Source: Candidatus Saccharibacteria bacterium CPR2
GTDB lineage: Bacteria; Patescibacteriota; Saccharimonadia; Saccharimonadales; QWHN01
Reading direction: 5' to 3'
Length of the DNA stretch: 64,000 bases
NCBI GenBank assembly: GCA_021404905.1
Contig: QWHN01000005.1
Location: forward strand, 16,102-80,101
A program made the position numbers and the translations under genes. This document shows positions 53,833 through 61,360 of the stretch, one piece after another. The notes beneath the pieces are model-generated. The model did no database searches and had not been told where the DNA came from. It saw nothing but the letters and a program-made list of their open reading frames with translations. Positions within the stretch are counted from its first letter, which is position 1; every line of letters begins with the position of its first letter.

Positions 53833-54045
53833 ATAACTTTTAACTATTTCCCAATTCCTAGTTTTCATTTGCCATTTACCAATTACCAATCATTGTCTCA
53901 ATAAAGCATTTATCATTGATAAAAATATCTCATTAGTTAACTGACTAAATGAATGGCAACTGGTAAATGATAAGTGGTAAGTCTTTATACGAGCTTGATA
54001 GCTTTTAACTAATTCCTAGTTGCTGATTCCCAATTGCTAATCGCT
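53833..54045. repeat. Heptamer-array palindromic element (copy D, variant word set)
   Basis: Left arm ctatttc ccaattc ctagttt tcatttg ccattta ccaatta ccaatca. Right arm gaatggc aactggt aaatgat aagtggt. A 21-nt module gagcttgatagcttttaacta follows, then aattcct agttgct gattccc aattgct aatcgct, which lies inside the gltX 3' end. Confidence 0.75.
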
Positions 54046-55511
54046 ATATTCAGGCGCCTTATGGTCGTTTCTTTACCTAAAACGGCCAGGGTCTCAGCTA
54101 GAGGAGGGCTAAAGGGTGCCCAAGTGGTAGCGATTCGAACGAGGCTAAATAAAACACCCGGTTTTTGAGAAGTTTGTTGCAATAAATTATTTAAGCTATC
54201 AGTTAGACCCGCAATGCTAAAGTCACTTTGTTCCAAAGCGTCAATGGTTTGTTTCAACAGGGCTTTTATCTCGTCCATAGAAAATCGGCTAAGCTGTTTA
54301 TTATTTTTGATAAGTTCCAAATCTATGGGCTGATCCTCAAAAAAGAACTTAGTCAATTGGGGAAGTTCGTCAAAATGCTTTAGTCGTTCTTGAACCAGCT
54401 TTAAAACCTGGGTTTTATAGGCGTTGTCAAATTTGCCTGCTGCTTCCGGCCAAAACTTGGCACCGGTTTCTAATCCCTGATTTTTAATTGTCTCGAAAAG
54501 TTGCTCGATACTTTTAGAACGAATGTGGTGCCCGTTTAGCCAACTAAGTTTTTCCGGCTCGAACCTGGCGGGAGATTTTTGGATTCTCTCTATAGAAAAT
54601 GCATTTAAGATTTCATCAATGCTATAAACTTCCTGATTTGTGCCGTCATTCCAACCGAGTGATGACAGGAAATTAAACACGGCTTCCTTTAGGTAACCTT
54701 GGTCACGATATTCCAACACCGACATTGCCCCTTCGCGCTTTGATAACTTTTTCCCGCCGTTCTTCCCAAGTACTGGCGGTAGTGTGATAAATTTTGGCGG
54801 TTGCCAGCCAAGGGCGTCATAAACCGATAAAAATTTTGGCATTGAAGATATAAACTCCTCGCCTCTTATAACATGAGTGATTTTCATTTCGTAGTCGTCC
54901 ACAATGTGAGCGAAGTTGTAAGTCGGAAAACCGTCAGCTTTGATTAGGATAAAATCATCCAATGCCTCCGGGCCGGCAGAAAGCTTGCCCCGGACTTCAT
55001 CCTGCCATGAGTAAGGTTTAACCTCAGGGACTTTAAGGCGCAATGGTTTTGTCTCGTCCCATTCAATACTTTTATCTGAAAATTCAGGGCGATAATCCCT
55101 AAATAAAAAAGGCTTGTTGCTATTTTTTGATTGCCCCCGAAACTCTTCTAACTGTTCTTGGGTGTATGGATCAGGATAAGCATGCCCGGCTTCAAGTAAT
55201 TGTCTGGCATATTTTTTATATATGTCTAGTCTTTGAGATTGAAAATATGGGCTATTTTCACCGCCGACATCCGGACCTTCATGCCATTCAAGCCCAAGCC
55301 ACTTCAGCGACTCTTTAATTTGCTCAACCGCGCCTTTAACCTCGCGTTTTTTATCTGTGTCTTCGATTCTTAAAATAAAATCGCCATTATTTTGCTTGGC
55401 TATAATCCAGGCAAAGAGCGCTGTTCTAATCGCGCCGACATGAAGCATGCCGGTAGGACTGGGCGCAAAACGGGTTCGGACACTCATTACCAACATAGTA
55501 TCTTCTAACAT
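54009..55511 (-). CDS. gltX: Glutamate--tRNA ligase
   Basis: About 490-500 aa. HIGH-type motif PSPTGMLHVG and KMSKS-type KLSKR. The start may be the Met of MSVRTRFAPSP (55487). Confidence 0.9.
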   Translation of the reverse strand: MLEDTMLVMSVRTRFAPSPTGMLHVGAIRTALFAWIIAKQNNGDFILRIEDTDKKREVKGAVEQIKESLKWLGLEWHEGPDVGGENSPYFQSQRLDIYKKYARQLLEAGHAYPDPYTQEQLEEFRGQSKNSNKPFLFRDYRPEFSDKSIEWDETKPLRLKVPEVKPYSWQDEVRGKLSAGPEALDDFILIKADGFPTYNFAHIVDDYEMKITHVIRGEEFISSMPKFLSVYDALGWQPPKFITLPPVLGKNGGKKLSKREGAMSVLEYRDQGYLKEAVFNFLSSLGWNDGTNQEVYSIDEILNAFSIERIQKSPARFEPEKLSWLNGHHIRSKSIEQLFETIKNQGLETGAKFWPEAAGKFDNAYKTQVLKLVQERLKHFDELPQLTKFFFEDQPIDLELIKNNKQLSRFSMDEIKALLKQTIDALEQSDFSIAGLTDSLNNLLQQTSQKPGVLFSLVRIATTWAPFSPPLAETLAVLGKETTIRRLNIAISNWESATRN

Positions 55512-55556
55512 GAATTGCTATTCAAGTTAAATTTGATTACAATACTTGATCAGAGA

Positions 55557-56288
55557 ATGTCTATGCCTCCAAAAATTGTTTACCCTCAAAAAGATAATAA
55601 TACCGACCATCCAACCCCTAATGAAATATATGACAACGCGAATAGAAACAGTCCTCAAGATTATTCTGAGATTACTGAACCGGGTAAGATTACCAAATTT
55701 TTGACAAAATCTATTTTTGTGAAATTGTATTATTTCAATTTTTTTGGACTTTTGTTCTGGGTTTTATTATTAATCTTTACACTTATTCTTACAGTCATAA
55801 TTAATTCCACTCAAACTCTTACGGAAAATGCAATTAATGCAATTCATGGTTTGCTATGGGGAGGTCAATTTTTTTGGTTAGCTCTGGAGCTTTCATTAAT
55901 GCTATCCGGGGTATTAATATTTAAAAACAATATTAAATTATTACAATCAAATCGAAAATGTGTACCTAAAGTGGTTAAATTTGTTGGTGCGCTTTGGGGG
56001 CTTACACTTTTGGTCGGGATATTTATTACTGGGCATGTATTGTTCTCGAATACAGATTTTATTAATTCTGTATTAGCACTGGGTATCGTGTCTGTAGTAT
56101 TTTTTATGTTTTGGCTTTATGCCGTAAATGTGCTAATTAACCGCATACTTAAGCGAATAGACAGTCAGCGCCCTTTTAATTTAATAACAACAATGCTTAC
56201 ACTAATTTTTGAAACTTTAATAATATTTTTTGGTTATATAATTATTACCATCACCGCTACAATTGTGGATCCACCTGATTCAGGCTAA
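55557..56288 (+). CDS. Hypothetical polytopic membrane protein
   Basis: The ATG at 55557 gives MSMPPKIVYPQ. About 6 hydrophobic helices. No motif recognised. Confidence 0.5.
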   Translation: MSMPPKIVYPQKDNNTDHPTPNEIYDNANRNSPQDYSEITEPGKITKFLTKSIFVKLYYFNFFGLLFWVLLLIFTLILTVIINSTQTLTENAINAIHGLLWGGQFFWLALELSLMLSGVLIFKNNIKLLQSNRKCVPKVVKFVGALWGLTLLVGIFITGHVLFSNTDFINSVLALGIVSVVFFMFWLYAVNVLINRILKRIDSQRPFNLITTMLTLIFETLIIFFGYIIITITATIVDPPDSG

Positions 56289-56304
56289 AAAATCCAACAT
56301 TACT

Positions 56305-57150
56305 ATGAGTGCAATTTCAATCACATCGAGATATGCAAAAATCAATTCACTTGTAAAAATGACCCGACCGCAAAACATGCGATTCACAGTAGCCGTCTAT
56401 ATAGTAAGCGGAGCGGTTTTTGGTTTATCTACAATAGCTATAATCCTTGGTTCGTTAATTTATTTTCTGCTTTATGGTTTGGCCACCATTATTAATAACA
56501 TAAGAGATGTTGAAGTCGATAAGCTAAATAAAACGAACAATCCCTTAGCAAAAGGCAATGTAAGCATACAAGAGGTAAAAGTTCTTTTTTCAATTTACCT
56601 TTTGGGTTTAATTATCATCCAGTTACTTCTTCCACAACCTGAAACATTGATATTTGCGCTTACTTTACTGTTTTTTAGTTTAATATATTCTTGGAAAGTA
56701 ACAGATATTCAATCAAGGGGTTTGATTGCGACGATATTACTCTCGCTTATGTATTCAGGTTCTCCCGTATTATTAGCAGGTATATATTCTGGGTATTTTC
56801 CTCTATTTCAAGCATGTGTCTTGGGTCTTCTAACCACTGCCGGTCTACTCGCTAAGGATTATAAAGACATAAAAGGTGATAAGTTGCATGGCAAGCTTAC
56901 CCCATTGGTTCGATATGGTGAAAAAACAGTTAGAACAATTGCTTATACCGTAGGAATAATAGCTTTAATTTTTGTATTTTACTCAAATTCTATGAATTTA
57001 GCAGTATATATTACTTTATCCACTTTTTATTTAAGTAGTGCCTACTGGCTACATAAAAATAAAGCGCATAATAATCTAATTAAGATATTGCATCAGACAT
57101 CTGTGGTATTTTTGGTAGTTTTTTATCTTCAAGGTGAATTTTTAAAATAA
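56305..57150 (+). CDS. UbiA-family prenyltransferase
   Basis: The ATG at 56305 gives MSAISITSRY. Polytopic, with first Asp-rich motif NNIRDVEVD (NxxxDxxxD) and second KDYKDIKGD. Confidence 0.75.
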   Translation: MSAISITSRYAKINSLVKMTRPQNMRFTVAVYIVSGAVFGLSTIAIILGSLIYFLLYGLATIINNIRDVEVDKLNKTNNPLAKGNVSIQEVKVLFSIYLLGLIIIQLLLPQPETLIFALTLLFFSLIYSWKVTDIQSRGLIATILLSLMYSGSPVLLAGIYSGYFPLFQACVLGLLTTAGLLAKDYKDIKGDKLHGKLTPLVRYGEKTVRTIAYTVGIIALIFVFYSNSMNLAVYITLSTFYLSSAYWLHKNKAHNNLIKILHQTSVVFLVVFYLQGEFLK

Positions 57151-57157
57151 ACTAAGA

Positions 57158-58255
57158 TTATAGGCTGGCGGCGATTTTTACGATTTGCTCACTGTTTAAG
57201 CTTGAGTCTCCCTCTATCGTGTACCACACGCCACCATTCACCCATGTTGCGCTTGAACCGTTATAAACGTAAATTGTCAGCCCTCGTTCTTTATAGGTCT
57301 GGTAGAGCTGATGCTCTTTGGCTACAAAATTGTCAAATAAACTCCTTGAGTCCCAGCCGCTGGATTTTTGGATAATCGAATATTTGCGTTCATCTGTGTT
57401 TGTATTAAACCCGATTGTAATTTGCCCAGCGCTATAAGATATGGGTCCGCTAAAAGCAAATCCGGTAGGCGTATATCCGGGCATCTTGGCATTAAATCCC
57501 GCCCTGGAGGCGGCTACTCTCATGGATAAATTAGGGATATTCAGATAAGTTATATAACCCGCCAACAAAACTACGCTTGTAAAAGTAGCCAAACCTGTAA
57601 CCAACTTTGGCCGGGAGCGCAATTTTTTAAAAATTTTTGGCTGCTTTTTTGAAGTATTTTTTTGTGTTTTTGAACTAATACGAGCTGGCTTAGCTTTGCT
57701 CATTTGCTCTTTAATAAGCTCGTTTTTTAGTACTTTTGCTGGCTTGGATGTGGTGGCAGTGCTTTGTTGTTGCGGGGTAATATTCTGAACGGTTTGGCTG
57801 TGCTTTGCGAAACCAATTAGGGAGAGATCTTGGCCAAATTTTGAAATGGCATTACTCAGACTATATTTTTTAGCTCGTCTTTCTCTGAGTTTTGCTTCGT
57901 GTGAGTTGATCACCAAACCAGAATGTTTTTCGGGTTGGATGATTGATCTTGAAACACTCTTTGATTCTACGCGAGGATGCGCCTGGGGTTTTTTTAGAAT
58001 TTGTCTTTGCAGCGTCTCGGAACGTTTGGTTTTTTTATGAACTTTACTTGCAAGTGGTGTGGGGTGGCTTCTTTGTTTTGTTTTTACTGGTCCAGAGTTT
58101 TTAGGGCGCACAAAACCATCAATTGTTTTTTTATGTTGGTTATGTGATTGTTTTGCGTGCGTTTTGATATCTTGATTATTTACCAACTCTCCGGTGTTGG
58201 CATCATAAACCCGACCGTTGATAACGACTGTATTGTGTTTTTTTGAGCGATCCAT
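57158..58255 (-). CDS. Hypothetical bitopic protein: basic K/Q/S-rich cytoplasmic region, one TM, C-terminal DUF4367-like domain
   Basis: 365 aa. TM helix LVTGLATFTSVVLLAGYITYL. The C-terminal beta-rich domain assignment is tentative. Confidence 0.45.
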   Translation of the reverse strand: MDRSKKHNTVVINGRVYDANTGELVNNQDIKTHAKQSHNQHKKTIDGFVRPKNSGPVKTKQRSHPTPLASKVHKKTKRSETLQRQILKKPQAHPRVESKSVSRSIIQPEKHSGLVINSHEAKLRERRAKKYSLSNAISKFGQDLSLIGFAKHSQTVQNITPQQQSTATTSKPAKVLKNELIKEQMSKAKPARISSKTQKNTSKKQPKIFKKLRSRPKLVTGLATFTSVVLLAGYITYLNIPNLSMRVAASRAGFNAKMPGYTPTGFAFSGPISYSAGQITIGFNTNTDERKYSIIQKSSGWDSRSLFDNFVAKEHQLYQTYKERGLTIYVYNGSSATWVNGGVWYTIEGDSSLNSEQIVKIAASL

Positions 58256-58351
58256 AGACCTAACTTAACGCCCCCGTAAGATGCTTATGTGTATTTATCT
58301 TAGCAATTGTTTTGCTGGTTCACAACCTGTATTAATGGTTAAAAATTTAGT

Positions 58352-59362
58352 TTATAGCCCCAGCAAACTACGTTTATATTCATCCAGATGGCTCAAGGCG
58401 TAGTATGTTCCTTTGGCGTTGCAAAGCAAAGGGTCTTGGGCCATAAAGCACGGTGTGTTTAGTTTTCTGGACAAATATTCTTCAATGCCATTGAGCTGCG
58501 CCACTCCTCCGCTGAGTACAATACCTTGACCGACAATGTCGCTGACTACATCAGGCGGGGTTCTTTCAATCGCGTTGCGCACAGCAAGAATTATTCTGTC
58601 AAAGACGCCTTCAAGGTGTGGCCTTAAATCTCTACCTTTAACATCGACGCTTTTTGGCAACGAGTCAGACAAATTACGGCCGCGAACTGTCATTTTTTGG
58701 TCATCAAATTCATCGTGAACCGCGCCAATCTTTAGTTTGGTTTCTTCGGCTGTATTCAAACCTATATGCATATTATGGGTCCGTCGAAAATATCTGGTTA
58801 TTGCCTCGTCCATTGCTTTGCCGCCAACCCTCACAGCCTCTTTGGTGACTATTCCTCCTAAAGACAGGACTGCTATTTCAGTCGTACCACTGCCTATATC
58901 GACAATCATATGGCCCTTTGGCTCAATAACGGGAATAGATGCGCCTAAAGCTGCCGCTACCGGTGAATAGATTAGAAATACGTTTTGGATTCCTGCTTCA
59001 TGTCCAACGTCTAGAACAGCCCGCTGCTCCGTAGAAGTTGCACTAACAGAGACGGTGATCATGGCTTCAGGCTTCTGAATATGAAAGCGCCCAATAGCCT
59101 TTTGCACAAAATTTCGAAGCATTTGTTCGGCTGCGCCAAAATCCGCGATGACACCGTTTTGCAAAGGATAATATGCCTCAAGTTGCTCCGGTGTGCGTCC
59201 CAGCATGTCTATCGCGTCAAGCCCAACGGCAACAATTTTGTCATTCTCAGTATTTTTGGCCACAACGCTAGGTTCATCAACAATTATCCCTTTACGAGGT
59301 ATGTAAATTCGAGTTCTGGATGTTCCCAGATCTATACCAATTTTTTTACTGAAGATTGCCAT
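58352..59362 (-). CDS. mreB: Rod shape-determining actin homologue MreB
   Basis: 336 aa. IGIDLGTSRT, VDIGSGTTEIAV and LSGGVAQLNG actin-fold motifs. Confidence 0.9.
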   Translation of the reverse strand: MAIFSKKIGIDLGTSRTRIYIPRKGIIVDEPSVVAKNTENDKIVAVGLDAIDMLGRTPEQLEAYYPLQNGVIADFGAAEQMLRNFVQKAIGRFHIQKPEAMITVSVSATSTEQRAVLDVGHEAGIQNVFLIYSPVAAALGASIPVIEPKGHMIVDIGSGTTEIAVLSLGGIVTKEAVRVGGKAMDEAITRYFRRTHNMHIGLNTAEETKLKIGAVHDEFDDQKMTVRGRNLSDSLPKSVDVKGRDLRPHLEGVFDRIILAVRNAIERTPPDVVSDIVGQGIVLSGGVAQLNGIEEYLSRKLNTPCFMAQDPLLCNAKGTYYALSHLDEYKRSLLGL

Positions 59363-59402
59363 TTGTAATACCTTAGCACAGGTTAGCCATGAGGCACCAC
59401 AA

Positions 59403-59705
59403 GAATTGGGAAATGGGAACTAGCAATTGGGAATTAGGAACTAGAAACTGGAAATTAGAAAATAGTATATTTTTAAAAAACTAATTCCTAGTTTCTAACT
59501 CCTAATTCCTATTTTTAACTTTATGAACTTGATAACTTTTAACTAGATTCCAGATTCCAGATTCCAGATTCCAGATTCCAGCTTCTAGATTCTAGCTTCT
59601 ATTTCCCAATTCCCAATTTCTATTTCCTAATTGCTGTTTCCTAATTTCTATACTCTATACGTCATACTGCATACTTCATACTCTATTTCCTAATTCCCGT
59701 TTCAT
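59403..59705. repeat. Heptamer-array element (copy E): hairpin part plus a 23-unit one-sided array including (AGATTCC)x5
   Basis: Nine purine-arm units at 59403-59465 (gaattgg gaaatgg gaactag caattgg gaattag gaactag aaactgg aaattag aaaatag). Core at 59457-59489. Five pyrimidine-arm units at 59481-59515. Module gaacttgataacttttaacta at 59525-59545. 23 phased heptamers at 59545-59705. Confidence 0.85.
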
Positions 59706-61162
59706 TGTTTTTCAACAACAAGATTAACCCTTTGAATTATTGTTTCTGTTGCGCTTGCGGGAGGAGCGACTGTATATATATTTTCAAAATCGTGGTCAAA
59801 GAAAACATCAAACCTTGGGTCGATTGGCACAATCTCCACTAAATTTGCCCCGTCAAATTCAAAGATCAACAGCTTGTTTGATTGGTCTTGGAGCATCAAT
59901 CGGTGCCCATCCATCCACTCGGCAAGTACGTTTTCCGCTAAAGGACGGTCAACTGCGAATTGGTAAGTTTTGTCATACTCGATGTCATAAACCGTAAACT
60001 TAGACCCATTTTGCAAACTAACAAACTGAGAATTATTAGAAAATGATGCCATTTGCGGTTTCTCGCTCGAAATAGTTCTAAACGGCTTTGGCTTTTCGCC
60101 TTCCTTGGTATCAAATGGGTTTTTGTAGATATAAGTCATATTAGTTGGAGAGTCTGTGATCGCCAGATATTCGTCACCGTCATATTTTTCCATTCTCATA
60201 AAATATTTTTCATTAGGGGCAACATCTCTTATCTCCATGGTTTTACCGTCTTTTAGAATACTAGCCCGAATCGTACCACTGTCTTTGAGTTCATGAATCA
60301 ATAAAACGGCTTTGTCTCCATAAACTCTGTAATACAGAACATGCTCCATTAGGGAGCTGGATATGGTTTTTTTATCAAGGTCAATGAGCCTTAGAGATTT
60401 ATCAACGAGGGCATATAATTGATTATTCGAACCTCCCAGAAACTGGATGTTATCAAGGGGCAAGCCAAACTCACGGGAAATGTTGCGGCTTGTCTCGGGT
60501 TTGGTGCGATCAAATACGATAAATTCGTTAATATCCCCGTTTTTATGGTTTAGCAAAATAACTTTATTATCCTGTGCCCATTCGATAATTTTTAGGTCGC
60601 CCAGCTTGCCGTCTTTTTTAGTAAACACTTCTTCGGGCAAGACAACGTTTTTTATAGGTCTTTCGATTTTATCTACTTCAATTTGATCATAAATTGGTTT
60701 ATCGGAAGAATTACGCACCAAGAGCCAAAATTTATCTAAACTTTGGCTGGCATCATTTACTTTTGGATATGTAAATTGCGTGGCAGCAAGAATCTGCTCT
60801 GGGAATAACTTTGGATAGTACACCCACATCACTTCTTCACCCTTTAATTCGACATTTTTTGACCAGGAACGGTAACCATCTCGCTTTAATTCGAGTTTGT
60901 ATTCGCCGGCCGGCAGGGCCAGTTTCCCTGGGGTCGTGTCGTTCTCGGCTTTATCGTTAATAAAAATCTGCGCTGGTTTTGGTCCCGCATCAACAAGTAT
61001 TAATCCGTTTTGTATCAATGTGCCGGTATTCCTATCAATATCGTAGCCTTTAGCGGCAAACACGATAAAAATGGTTGCGATAGCTGCTAACGCACCGCCG
61101 AGCGCATATAATAGTAAACGAATGGTTGAGCGCACTCTTTCAGATTGAAAGTCTATAAACAT
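59702..61162 (-). CDS. PEGA-domain membrane-anchored protein
   Basis: 486 aa. N-terminal TM and a PEGA-type beta-sandwich (PKPAQIFINDKAENDTTPGKLALPAGEYKLELKRDGYRSWSKNVEL). The long C-terminal region is not assigned. Confidence 0.6.
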   Translation of the reverse strand: MFIDFQSERVRSTIRLLLYALGGALAAIATIFIVFAAKGYDIDRNTGTLIQNGLILVDAGPKPAQIFINDKAENDTTPGKLALPAGEYKLELKRDGYRSWSKNVELKGEEVMWVYYPKLFPEQILAATQFTYPKVNDASQSLDKFWLLVRNSSDKPIYDQIEVDKIERPIKNVVLPEEVFTKKDGKLGDLKIIEWAQDNKVILLNHKNGDINEFIVFDRTKPETSRNISREFGLPLDNIQFLGGSNNQLYALVDKSLRLIDLDKKTISSSLMEHVLYYRVYGDKAVLLIHELKDSGTIRASILKDGKTMEIRDVAPNEKYFMRMEKYDGDEYLAITDSPTNMTYIYKNPFDTKEGEKPKPFRTISSEKPQMASFSNNSQFVSLQNGSKFTVYDIEYDKTYQFAVDRPLAENVLAEWMDGHRLMLQDQSNKLLIFEFDGANLVEIVPIDPRFDVFFDHDFENIYTVAPPASATETIIQRVNLVVEKQ

Positions 61163-61207
61163 ATGAAAATAATAAAATTGTTACGCATATAGTATAGCTG
61201 ATAGATA

Positions 61208-61346
61208 CTGGGAAATGGTAATTAGCAATTAGCAATTAGGAACTAGGAATTAGTTTTTAAAAATATACTATTTTCTATTTCCTAATTGCTGTTTCCTAAT
61301 TTCTATACTCTATTTCCCAATTCCAAATTGCTAGTTCCTATTTCCC
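61208..61346. repeat. Heptamer-array palindromic element (copy F)
   Basis: Purine arm actggga aatggta attagca attagca attagga actagga. Core at 61245-61276 is the exact reverse complement of 46373-46404. Pyrimidine arm has 11 units (ctatttt ctatttc ctaattg ctgtttc ctaattt ctatact ctatttc ccaattc caaattg ctagttc ctatttc). Confidence 0.85.
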
Positions 61347-61360
61347 GGAAGCTGGGCTTC

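Noticed and set aside
59403-59705. CRISPR array interpretation of the repeat-rich spacers
   Set aside because: The period is 7 bp with no unique spacers, the units are degenerate, and no cas genes are present. This is not CRISPR architecture.
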